From positions 720,001-752,000 of the forward strand of contig CALSTM010000002.1 of the NCBI GenBank assembly GCA_943789275.1: a DNA stretch of 32,000 nt. The letters are read 5' to 3'. The stretch's first letter is position 1; each line of letters opens with the position of its first letter. The notes beneath the pieces are model-generated. The model made no database searches. It had not been told where the DNA came from and saw nothing but the letters and a program-made list of their open reading frames with translations. A program made the position numbers and the translations under genes. Below are positions 1-8,256 of this stretch, one piece after another. Source of the DNA: Candidatus Poseidoniaceae archaeon. Lineage in GTDB: Archaea > Thermoplasmatota > Poseidoniia > Poseidoniales > Poseidoniaceae.

Positions 1-2
1 AT

Positions 3-710
3 TGGCATCTCCATTTAGCAAGGCTGACAGAACATGCCAAACTACTGCGTATCGAATTACCTGAAAACATGCCTCAACAACTTGAAACGCTGCTTCAACA
101 GGAGCGTTCCTTGAAAAAAACGACTCAATCCCATGAACCGAAGTTGTTGGTAAAAATCAAGTGCACACAAGATGGAGAGCTGAGCGTCGATTCTCGAAGT
201 ATTGATTTCCGAAATGAGGAAGTTGATGCCATCACTGTAGAGGCTCCAAGATGGTCAAGTAAAGTAAACGGCACCAAGCATGGAGATTGGCAAGCGTATA
301 TCGATGCTCGACACGATGCGGAAAAGAAAGGAGTCGATGTCGCCTTGCTGGTACACGACTACGCCATCGTCGATGCAGACCGGGCTTTGCCCGTTGTCCT
401 CGATGAAGACGGTGTAGCATGGGTTGCTGCGCACAATGAAGGTGGAGTGGAAAGCATAACGTTTGAAATCCTGTCCCAACAACTGCAAAATGCCGGCATA
501 CCGGTCCAACATGGAAGACTCAATGAAAGGCTGGTAGCACGTGCTTCCGAAATAATAACCCTTGGAAGTGGTACTGGGGCGTGCCGAGTTTTATCGCTTG
601 ATGACGAATCGATTGGTGACGGCAATATGCTTTCATCGCTCTGCCAAACTCTTCTCGAAAACCACTATCAGAAAAACGAAACGTGGTCCGATGTGAGGTT
701 GTTAAAATGA
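3..710 (+). CDS. pabC: Class IV aminotransferase-fold protein, probable 4-amino-4-deoxychorismate lyase (PabC-like). The 5' end is truncated by the window edge.
   Basis: The reading frame is open from base 3 (WHLHLARLTEHAKLLRIELPEN...). It shows the HLxRL signature typical of fold-type IV PLP enzymes, a later TKH lysine context and a GVESITFEIL-type segment. Its stop TGA (708-710) overlaps the ATG (707) of the downstream ADC-synthase gene. Confidence 0.6.
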   Translation, partial: WHLHLARLTEHAKLLRIELPENMPQQLETLLQQERSLKKTTQSHEPKLLVKIKCTQDGELSVDSRSIDFRNEEVDAITVEAPRWSSKVNGTKHGDWQAYIDARHDAEKKGVDVALLVHDYAIVDADRALPVVLDEDGVAWVAAHNEGGVESITFEILSQQLQNAGIPVQHGRLNERLVARASEIITLGSGTGACRVLSLDDESIGDGNMLSSLCQTLLENHYQKNETWSDVRLLK

Positions 711-2938
711 ATCTCGACATCTTGGCTCTACAGAACCACATGCGCGAAGTTGGGTTATCAGGGCCAAAAGCAGTTCACTATGGAGGGCCTGATGAAGTCC
801 TGTTGTGCTCTTCAGGACCTCACTCTCATCTCGCTGAATATTCGATTTTATGCGGCCCATCCCGACGACGAGTTTTGGTTCGTCAACCGAAAAATATGGA
901 GTCTGTACAAGCGCATAGTCCTCTTCGGGGCGAGATTTCTCTGCATCAAGAAAAGAAAACGTTCACCGCCCAAGTTGAAGAATGGAAGCATGGATGCTGG
1001 TACCATTCTACGTCCATATTTGCAAAAGGGCTGGACGAGTTGATGGAAAAGTTACGTGATTTGACCTCAACAGCGTGCTTTGAGCAACGGCCTGCTTCAA
1101 AAATGCCTCAACGACCGTTTTGGACTGGCGCATTTGCTTACGACATGGTTCAATGGACGCAACCACTTCGGTTACAAAACCAACCGAAGCAGGATGAACT
1201 GCTTACGATTCTGTGGCTGGTTGAGCGAATGGTCGTCCAAGACCGTTCTACAGAATCAATGACTGTCCATGCTCTTCAAAACGACGATTGGGCTCAAAAA
1301 GTTAGCCTCAACCTCGACCTATTTCCGGCCCTGGATGACCTTGAAGCCCCCCTCAAATCCCAAGAAACAAGTTCGTTATCTGACCAGAAGCATGAAGCCA
1401 TCATTGACGACATTCGAGAGAGTATTCGAGACGGTCAAATGTACCAAGTCAATGTTGGCCGGTGGTGGGATGGAAGACTCACTGAACACCCAAGGCGTAT
1501 CTTTCAAAGGTTAAGCCAAACAAACCCCGCTCCATTTTCGGCATTCCTTTTCGCACCCGATCTCGGTCTTTCGCTGGTGTGTTGCTCACCAGAATCTCTC
1601 ATCCAAAGCGACGGTTCAAAGGTATTTACATCTCCAATCAAGGGCACTCGACCGCGTGGCGAAAACGACGAAAAAGAACTTCAACTTCGTGACGAAATGG
1701 TTCGAGATGAAAAGGAACGAGCCGAGCATCGAATGCTGGTTGATTTGATGAGAAACGATATTGCTACCGTCGCTCGAGTTGGCAGTATACAGGTCGAACG
1801 TTTTGATGTCGAAGCATACGCGCATGTACAACACCTCGTGACTCACCTTTCTGCTGATTTAGAAGACGGGAAGAACGGGGTTGATGCCATTCACAATGTG
1901 TTTCCAGGCGGGAGTATCACCGGCTGCCCTCGTACCGTCGTATGTGCTGCAATCGATGAAATTGAGCAACGGCCGCGCTCGTTTTGGACGGGTTCCATCG
2001 GTTGGATTGATGTACACTCAGGAGCGTGTTCACTGAATATTGCGATACGGACCTTGATCGCTAAACAACGGCGAAAGCAATGGTTCGGTAGCGTTGCCGC
2101 CGGCGGAGGAATTACCATTGGCTCCGACCCTCAGACCGAAGTTGAAGAAGCCAAATGGAAGGCTGCTGCGCTGCGTGAAGCGTGCGGATGGATTAAACGA
2201 GAACAATCTGATTTACCCATTGGAAAACTAGCCACGCACCCACTGCTCATCGAGGCTCCACCCCAAACAGTGCATGCAGGAAAAGTCGAATTTATCAGTG
2301 GAACTAAGGGGGATGCCAACGGGGTTCTTTTGATTGATAATCTCGACTCGTTCACATTGAACATTGCCCATGCAGTAGCCGGCTTGGGTCGAAATGTCAA
2401 TGTTCTCAAAGCCCGAAACGGGAATACAACGCGTGAGTGGAACACAGAATCGGTAAAACAGCTTATCCAACGCATCAAACCCACACACATCATCCTCGGC
2501 CCGGGTCCCGGAAAACCAACGGATTCACCGCTAACCATGGCCGTTGCAAATGCTGCACTTTCCGAAGAGATTTCCGTACCTGTACTCGGCATTTGCCTGG
2601 GCCATCAAGCGATTGGAATGGCAGCTGGTATGGAAGTTGTTCGCTCTGCCGGCGGACCTGTCCACGGTTCGCCTCGCCAATGTGAACATCAAGAAACTGG
2701 GTTATTTTCGGGCATCGAATCTCCAACCCTTTTTACTCGCTACAATTCCTTGTGCGTGATGGCATCTGAACCGACCTGTCTGGTAGAAACAGCAATCGAA
2801 ACCGATAGTCGAATGGTTATGGGCCTGCAACACGAAGCATTGCCGATACACAGTGTACAGTTCCATCCAGAATCTGTAGGTTCTCGTCACGGATTGACAT
2901 TGCTGCAAAATTTTCTCTCGATTGAAGCGGATGCTTGA
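707..2938 (+). CDS. pabB: Fused aminodeoxychorismate synthase. The N-terminal part is a chorismate-binding component I (PabB-like) and the C-terminal part is a class I glutamine amidotransferase (PabA-like).
   Basis: Chorismate-utilising motifs: YQVNVGRWW, ESLIQSDG..TSPIKGTRPRG, EHRMLVDLMRND, FPGGSITGCPR. GATase triad context: LLIDNLDSFTLNI, VLGICLGHQAIG, HSVQFHPES. The ORF track starts at GTG 683; I prefer ATG 707 because of its ATGA overlap with the upstream stop. Confidence 0.85.
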   Translation: MNLDILALQNHMREVGLSGPKAVHYGGPDEVLLCSSGPHSHLAEYSILCGPSRRRVLVRQPKNMESVQAHSPLRGEISLHQEKKTFTAQVEEWKHGCWYHSTSIFAKGLDELMEKLRDLTSTACFEQRPASKMPQRPFWTGAFAYDMVQWTQPLRLQNQPKQDELLTILWLVERMVVQDRSTESMTVHALQNDDWAQKVSLNLDLFPALDDLEAPLKSQETSSLSDQKHEAIIDDIRESIRDGQMYQVNVGRWWDGRLTEHPRRIFQRLSQTNPAPFSAFLFAPDLGLSLVCCSPESLIQSDGSKVFTSPIKGTRPRGENDEKELQLRDEMVRDEKERAEHRMLVDLMRNDIATVARVGSIQVERFDVEAYAHVQHLVTHLSADLEDGKNGVDAIHNVFPGGSITGCPRTVVCAAIDEIEQRPRSFWTGSIGWIDVHSGACSLNIAIRTLIAKQRRKQWFGSVAAGGGITIGSDPQTEVEEAKWKAAALREACGWIKREQSDLPIGKLATHPLLIEAPPQTVHAGKVEFISGTKGDANGVLLIDNLDSFTLNIAHAVAGLGRNVNVLKARNGNTTREWNTESVKQLIQRIKPTHIILGPGPGKPTDSPLTMAVANAALSEEISVPVLGICLGHQAIGMAAGMEVVRSAGGPVHGSPRQCEHQETGLFSGIESPTLFTRYNSLCVMASEPTCLVETAIETDSRMVMGLQHEALPIHSVQFHPESVGSRHGLTLLQNFLSIEADA

Positions 2939-2975
2939 AGAATCGGGAGCGATTGGAGCGTTTTGAGGGAGTACC

Positions 2976-3362
2976 ATGCCGACTTGCCGACATTGTTCAA
3001 GCACCTATTCTCGAGAGCAGTTCATTCATGGAAATGGACCAAACGCACAAGTTTGTGTGCGGTGTGGACTTGAGAAGGGCCTTGTTACCAAAGAACAAGC
3101 CAACAACATGTACGACGACTCTCTTCGAAGTTCCCGGCTCCAAATTATGGCCCGTAGGTACAGCGTTTTCATGTACATCCCATTGCTGTGGACACTGTGG
3201 GTTATGGTTCTCAGTGACGTCAGCCCATGGGGTTGGTATTTTCTCGGACTGTTGATTGTCTTGACGTTGTTAGCACCGGTTTGGTTCATCTACCGCGGTG
3301 GACAATATTCTGGCGACATGGCCCGGCTTACTCCTGCATACGAACGACCTGAAGGTCACTGA
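2976..3362 (+). CDS. Small hypothetical protein with an N-terminal CxxC...CxxC zinc ribbon and two predicted TM helices.
   Basis: ATG at 2976 preceded by GAGGGAG. The sequence has CRHC...CVRCG and then two hydrophobic spans (YSVFMYIPLLWTLWVMVL, WYFLGLLIVLTLLAPVWFIY). I chose it over the overlapping 2935..3255 ORF. Confidence 0.5.
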   Translation: MPTCRHCSSTYSREQFIHGNGPNAQVCVRCGLEKGLVTKEQANNMYDDSLRSSRLQIMARRYSVFMYIPLLWTLWVMVLSDVSPWGWYFLGLLIVLTLLAPVWFIYRGGQYSGDMARLTPAYERPEGH

Positions 3363-4646
3363 TCACGACTTTGCGTGGATTTTGAGAACGTCACCATCGT
3401 TCATCTCATGTTCTGAGCCAACAACCCTTCGCGTTCTTCCATCAACCCCTCGGATGAAACCATCACCGAGATCGCTGTGAACTTTGTACGCCAGTTGCTT
3501 TGCTTGAATAGCAGAAGGAACGACAAAGGCATCCGGCAAGACCTTGCCATCTCCATCTGTCCAGTGAGATTCATCTTGAACCGGATACACGACAATGTGG
3601 TCAAGTTCATCGAACAAAACGGTGTCAATCAACGGTGCAACACCCGTACCCTTGTTGGTTGAAAGGCGTTCAAGCATATGGTCAAGCGCTCTGGTTTGAG
3701 CCGGCGAGAGTGATTCAGGGTTTGAATATTCAAAGGACGGTTCACCGGGAATATATTCAATCAAATCCGCAGAACCAGCACGTCGTAATGCAAGTTCTAC
3801 ATCAGCCATGCACGCAACTAAGCATCCGTTGACCTCGATTCCTTGTAATACGCCTTCGGGTGCGATGTCGAACTTATTTGCAGCAATGTGGATTGGGAAC
3901 AACATACGCCTCACTTCAACGGCCAGAGCGGTGATTACCGTAGCATCCCAATCCCAAGGGCTACCAAGTGACTCGTGTTGTTTTTTGAAGGATTCAAAGG
4001 CGATAGAAATCGACAAAGGCGTCGCTCCTAACCCAGTGAGTTGTTCATGGATGTAGGATATCAAGCCTTTTTCTCCCTCTGCTTGAACACGGCGTACGCC
4101 TCTGGTCCAACCGTCGTTGAGAAGGCCCGAAATCCAAGCATCGAGTTCGACACCAAGGAATTGAATTTCATCACGTATCCGTTGTTGGGCAACCTCTTTG
4201 GTTTGGTTTGCACCTTGTGGATTGCCCTCTAAATCCGTTGTTCCTGCCGCATCAACAACCTGAATCAGCGCATCACAATTGGCTAAATCTGCCAAGAAAG
4301 CATTGCCCCGTCCTTTTCCTTCACTCGCACCGGGAACAAGGCCAGCAATGTCGACCAAAAAACAGGGTACAAGACGGCGATGGCCGACGCAAGAGCCCGT
4401 CCGCGGCTCGCATAAACTGCCTTGTCGAGGATCGTCATCACGGGTTGGCTCAAGACGGCCTTCTCCTTCCAATCGCATTCGAATGTCCTTGCAAGGGCAC
4501 GGTAAACGGGCCGCAACAAAAGCAACACCGACGTTTGGCTCAATGGTACAGAATGGGTAATTCGCAATGTCCACTTTAGCGAGCGTTGCTGCACTGAAGA
4601 AAGTCGACTTGCCAACGTTCGGTTTGCCAACCAATCCAATTTTCAC
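3363..4646 (-). CDS. Obg/YchF-superfamily GTPase of the archaeal-eukaryal Ygr210 type.
   Basis: N-terminal P-loop IGLVGKPNVGKSTFF, followed by NYPFCTIEPNVG, a DIAGLV G3-like motif and a C-terminal TGS-like GDVLKI. A Cys-containing insertion (CPCKD...C...C) lies within the G domain. The start is GTG, with an in-frame stop immediately upstream. Confidence 0.8.
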   Translation of the reverse strand: MKIGLVGKPNVGKSTFFSAATLAKVDIANYPFCTIEPNVGVAFVAARLPCPCKDIRMRLEGEGRLEPTRDDDPRQGSLCEPRTGSCVGHRRLVPCFLVDIAGLVPGASEGKGRGNAFLADLANCDALIQVVDAAGTTDLEGNPQGANQTKEVAQQRIRDEIQFLGVELDAWISGLLNDGWTRGVRRVQAEGEKGLISYIHEQLTGLGATPLSISIAFESFKKQHESLGSPWDWDATVITALAVEVRRMLFPIHIAANKFDIAPEGVLQGIEVNGCLVACMADVELALRRAGSADLIEYIPGEPSFEYSNPESLSPAQTRALDHMLERLSTNKGTGVAPLIDTVLFDELDHIVVYPVQDESHWTDGDGKVLPDAFVVPSAIQAKQLAYKVHSDLGDGFIRGVDGRTRRVVGSEHEMNDGDVLKIHAKS

Positions 4647-4670
4647 AGTGATTCCGCCTTAGGGAGGTGA

Positions 4671-6638
4671 TCACTCTTCTTCCGATTCGAGAATATCGTT
4701 ACGGATTTTGGAAATCATGATATCAAGTTCTGGGAGATTCAAGCGTCCGTCGCCGTCGAGGTCAACAGCATTGACAAGTCGGCCCATTTCCCATGGAGGC
4801 AGGTCTGCAATATTGGCCTTTGAAAGCGCTTGTTGGAATTCATATCCGTCAACTTCTCCAGAGCCGTCCAAGTCAATGGAACGGAAGAACTCGAAGATGG
4901 ATTGCTTTGTTTGCTTGAGGAATTGTGCGAGCATAACAAGTTCTTCAGGCACTGGGTACTCGGTGACTTCGTCGTTATGCAGTTGGGCAGAGACTCGAAT
5001 CAGAGATGAGCCGCCTTCGTCTTCTTCGACTTCACCAATGGTCAAGTTCGTATCGATACCAACGCCACGGCCGAGCAGTGTACGAATGGTTGTCGTACCT
5101 TCCACAAGTGTGTACGAGTGAATGTCACTTTGCACAGCCAAGTCTGCGAACGCTGCGTTGTTCGGGCGGCCGGTGTGAATCATTGAAAGTGCGGCCAAAA
5201 TCGTTGCCAGAGTCACGAAGTAAAACATGGCTGCAGAGACGAGGAAAAAGCCTCCAGTTGATGCCACGGCATCTTCGACACCGGAGTTGACGACTGCATA
5301 TGCGGTAAAGTCTCCAATCAGGGCTGAGATTGTTGCGGTAACCCCGCCGATGATGGTGAACCAAACGGCAAGTTGAGCGTTGCTTGCTTTAGCAAGTTGC
5401 TTTTGTGCGGCCAAAGGATAAGAGGAGAAGATGGCTGCAAGCATCATCAATCCGCCAATGGTCGAAATAAAGCCGGTATCAACTGTGTGCGCCATCGAAC
5501 CGAGTTTATCCATTCCGACGAAAGTGTCCATGCCGGTAAAGAAACCGCCCACTGCGAAAATTGGTAGCAGCATCATTGCAGCGGTAGCAGCAAATGCTCC
5601 GGGGCTCTTGACGATTCGTTCTGGGCTTGAAGCCGCTGTAGCTACCATGTTCACTGAACCAGCAAACAACGGTAGAAGTCCAATGGCCATGAGCAATGCA
5701 CCGATGTTTTGCAGCAATTCACCGCCGTCAGCAGCGGAGAGGTAGAACGGTGGGATGGTGATAAAGAGGAAAATCATGTTGGTTTTCTGTAAAGAAGCAG
5801 ACCAAACTGGCTTGCCTGCCGTGAATGGAATGATGTGGTATGCTGCCGCAAAGATAAGCGCTAGCGGGACCCAACCGTTCAAGACTCTCTCGGCCAACCA
5901 CACTGTTTGGGTGGAGTCGGCAAGATCGCCAAAGAAGGCAAAGAGCATGCTAACGATCTTAGCCACCAATGCCAAAACAAGGAACCAGGTTGTCGGAGAA
6001 ATATCATCGTGTTCTCGCTCACCAAAAGTGATGAAAACGTTAATCAAAAGTGCGAGGTGAAGCATTGCCCCTACCAAAAGCATAGAGATGTTCCGGATTG
6101 TTTCCAATACTTCTGTTCCGTTATCTATGTTGATGAATGAGAAAACAGCTGGAAGCAAAAGAACGACGATGGTTGATACCGTGAGAAGAACGGCAACCAT
6201 AGATGCACTGGCTTCACTTGCCAAACGACCCTTTGAAGAACGGGATACGGCGACAAGCGCAGCACCGATCAACAAATAATTCAGTGCAGTAGAAAAGAAG
6301 ATGGCGGTGTAATCGGTTAGCATTGAACCGTCGTCGTAACTCCAACCGACACTGGCAAGTGAATTGAGAGCGGTAGGGTCGTATCGGTGCCAAATTCCCA
6401 AAAACATGCCCAGTGCAGCCATGAAAAACCAAGCCATACCGAAGCGCATCCATGTCTTGGTTCCGCTTCCTGCTTTATCGTTGAACAAATCAATAAGACC
6501 TGCTGGAGCCTTGTTAAGCAAAAATAAGCCAACTTGGCGAAGTGGACTTGCCATTCCACCAATTCCTTGGACCATGTAGTTGGCTACAAGAGTAAGCGTA
6601 ACCAGTAAGAGACCTGCTGTAATGAATACTGTTTCCAT
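4671..6638 (-). CDS. Polytopic membrane protein (about 13-14 TM helices) with a C-terminal soluble domain carrying two canonical EF-hand Ca-binding loops.
   Basis: Hydrophobic spans run through the first roughly 500 aa. EF loops are DLDGSGEVDGYE (4839..4874) and DLDGDGRLNLPE (4728..4763). A strong SD (GGAGGTG) lies 6 nt upstream of the ATG. Confidence 0.75.
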   Translation of the reverse strand: METVFITAGLLLVTLTLVANYMVQGIGGMASPLRQVGLFLLNKAPAGLIDLFNDKAGSGTKTWMRFGMAWFFMAALGMFLGIWHRYDPTALNSLASVGWSYDDGSMLTDYTAIFFSTALNYLLIGAALVAVSRSSKGRLASEASASMVAVLLTVSTIVVLLLPAVFSFINIDNGTEVLETIRNISMLLVGAMLHLALLINVFITFGEREHDDISPTTWFLVLALVAKIVSMLFAFFGDLADSTQTVWLAERVLNGWVPLALIFAAAYHIIPFTAGKPVWSASLQKTNMIFLFITIPPFYLSAADGGELLQNIGALLMAIGLLPLFAGSVNMVATAASSPERIVKSPGAFAATAAMMLLPIFAVGGFFTGMDTFVGMDKLGSMAHTVDTGFISTIGGLMMLAAIFSSYPLAAQKQLAKASNAQLAVWFTIIGGVTATISALIGDFTAYAVVNSGVEDAVASTGGFFLVSAAMFYFVTLATILAALSMIHTGRPNNAAFADLAVQSDIHSYTLVEGTTTIRTLLGRGVGIDTNLTIGEVEEDEGGSSLIRVSAQLHNDEVTEYPVPEELVMLAQFLKQTKQSIFEFFRSIDLDGSGEVDGYEFQQALSKANIADLPPWEMGRLVNAVDLDGDGRLNLPELDIMISKIRNDILESEEE

Positions 6639-6650
6639 ACATCACACCTC

Positions 6651-6923
6651 CTAATCGACAATGACCTCGCTAAGGAGCGAAGCGACAATTGCGCCCACGC
6701 CGATGAGAATACCAATCAAGTAGTACCAAATTCCACTGCCGCCAAGGTTTCCGATAAGCGGTACCAGTTCACCGAGAAGCGGGATGTTATCCCAACCAAA
6801 CACGTTGGAGAATAAAGCAAGTAGTCCGAGGAGAGCAACGCTGAATAGTGTCAAAAAGACACGACTGCTCGATGGTTCTCCGGTTCCAACGGTAACATCT
6901 GGTAGAGTTGTAGCGTTTGACAT
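6651..6923 (-). CDS. Small (90 aa) membrane protein, first gene of a two-gene unit with the EF-hand membrane protein.
   Basis: GGGTGA lies 7 nt upstream of the ATG. There are two or three hydrophobic helices, including a Gly-rich stretch. Its stop lies 12 nt before the next ATG, whose SD overlaps that stop. Confidence 0.55.
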   Translation of the reverse strand: MSNATTLPDVTVGTGEPSSSRVFLTLFSVALLGLLALFSNVFGWDNIPLLGELVPLIGNLGGSGIWYYLIGILIGVGAIVASLLSEVIVD

Positions 6924-6940
6924 TTTTCTTCACCCTTACA

Positions 6941-6957
6941 TGACCCCGTAGGGGTCA
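6941..6957 (-). other. Perfect 7-bp stem, 3-nt loop hairpin (TGACCCC GTA GGGGTCA) between the radical SAM gene and the small membrane gene.
   Basis: Read directly. It lies 18 nt upstream of the 6923 start and immediately 5' of its SD. On the minus strand a CCCCTTTTTC run follows the radical SAM stop at about 7020-7029. Confidence 0.35.
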
Positions 6958-7029
6958 ATCCGTCCACTCGCATTGCGGTGATAAACATTCACTCCTTGCG
7001 AAGAGGTTTTTCCCGATTGAAAAAGGGGC

Positions 7030-8196
7030 CTAAGGTGAACGAAGACGGTCCAACACATTGCCACGACGATGCTTCGAAATCCCGAGGGGGACGGGTAGAG
7101 CTTGTTCTAGCAGAACTTCTTCCTTCCATGCCTTTTCACATTCACAGGACAGCCCTTCGAATTCTTCCAACTCACCGGAAACTGCGTAGCGCTCAATAGC
7201 AGCAACGACCACGGAATCGCATGAGCCACAATTGTGAGCGCCGCGAATTTTTCCCCCAGCAGTAGGATGGATAATGAGGCGACAAACTTGGTCGTCGTCG
7301 CCGTTTTTTCCGCCTTTAGGATGGATGGTTGGGTGAGCTCTACGTATCATTTCAACCAAAGACCAGAGCCATGGTGGGCGGTATTCATTGTTGCGATGGA
7401 GGCGATCAATGATGGTCCCGCGCTGGATATTCATCGGATTTACTGAGATTTCATCGCTGCGTTCCGCCACTTGCTCAATCCACTTCACACCGTGATTCAA
7501 TGCATCAGCTTCACTCATAAACGGTGGTTTGAACATCAAATAGGTCTTGACTCGAATGTTAAATTTTTTCAAGTTTTCAACTGCTCTGTCCCATGATTTG
7601 GTCGTGAAGCCTTTGTTTACATGGAAGCGAAGAACTTCGTCATCATACGCCTCAAGCCCGACAGCCACAGCAAAACTCTGGTTCAATTGAGATGCCCAGG
7701 CGAGTTTTTCTTCGGTGAGTTGTTCGCATCGGCTTTCCACAATCAGTTCTTTGCCGAGTTCTTGGCAATCTCTCAGCACCGTTTCTTGGAATTCCACAGG
7801 GATTTCCCTGTCCTCAAGCAAAGAGCCACTGGTGTAGACTTTAACCATGGCGTGGTCTTTGAAATCCTCGAATTTTCGTTTGGCATAAGCCCATTGGGAG
7901 TGGAGATCTTCGTTGGTCACATCATCCCTGGTATCGTTGAAATATCCGCAGAAAGTACAACCACTGGACCACCACCAATGGCATCCCTTCGTTCGTAGAA
8001 TCACGGTTACTGCACTGCAAGGCGTTCCATCAGCCAGTGTTTCAGGCGTGTAGTAGACGGTTGCAGGTTCACCCGCATCCCATGATTGTTGACGAGCGAC
8101 AGCCCAAGGCGTATTTGCTGGAGCTTTGACAAGGTCATGGATTCGTGAACCCTTTGCGCCATCTCCGACAAGTGTCAATGACTTCGGCCCGACCAT
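7030..8196 (-). CDS. Radical SAM enzyme of the TIGR01210/Elp3-related type, possibly the archaeosine-synthesis protein RaSEA.
   Basis: Cys triad ILRTKGCHWWWSSGCTFCGY (7948..7983), followed by a TIM-barrel-like pattern (VYTSGSLLED, ESRCE, VAVGLEAYDD). The C-terminal region contains AHNCGSCD. I prefer ATG 8196 (GAGGGA 4 nt upstream) to the TTG at 8214 used by the ORF track. Confidence 0.7.
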   Translation of the reverse strand: MVGPKSLTLVGDGAKGSRIHDLVKAPANTPWAVARQQSWDAGEPATVYYTPETLADGTPCSAVTVILRTKGCHWWWSSGCTFCGYFNDTRDDVTNEDLHSQWAYAKRKFEDFKDHAMVKVYTSGSLLEDREIPVEFQETVLRDCQELGKELIVESRCEQLTEEKLAWASQLNQSFAVAVGLEAYDDEVLRFHVNKGFTTKSWDRAVENLKKFNIRVKTYLMFKPPFMSEADALNHGVKWIEQVAERSDEISVNPMNIQRGTIIDRLHRNNEYRPPWLWSLVEMIRRAHPTIHPKGGKNGDDDQVCRLIIHPTAGGKIRGAHNCGSCDSVVVAAIERYAVSGELEEFEGLSCECEKAWKEEVLLEQALPVPLGISKHRRGNVLDRLRSP

Positions 8197-8256
8197 GGTA
8201 TCCCTCAATGACAAGTCGCATGGCTTTGCCGTTTCAATGCACCGCTTAGAATTCGG

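Noticed and set aside
683-706. The ORF track starts the pabB-pabA fusion at a GTG at 683, which would overlap pabC by 28 nt.
   Set aside because: ATG 707 gives the common ATGA stop-start overlap and loses only 8 non-conserved residues. I preferred it, though without experimental support.
2935-3255. An alternative 106-aa ORF overlapping the 2976..3362 gene in another frame.
   Set aside because: It has no SD, its product is Cys/Thr-rich low-complexity without TM or zinc-ribbon logic, and the competing frame has GAGGGAG plus ATG and a coherent zinc-ribbon-plus-2-TM architecture.
3360-3365. The convergent genes 2976..3362 (+) and 3363..4646 (-) abut with their stop codons forming the palindrome TGATCA, leaving no intergenic space.
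   Set aside because: This is real but most simply reflects genome compaction. There is no additional structure or repeat around it to suggest a dedicated element.
4663-4672. A perfect extended Shine-Dalgarno sequence, GGAGGTGATC, on the plus strand in the 24-nt gap between two minus-strand genes.
   Set aside because: No ATG, GTG or TTG follows within a usable distance on the plus strand, and the downstream plus-strand frame is antisense to the EF-hand gene. I treat it as coincidental. On the minus strand it simply follows the stop of the EF-hand gene.
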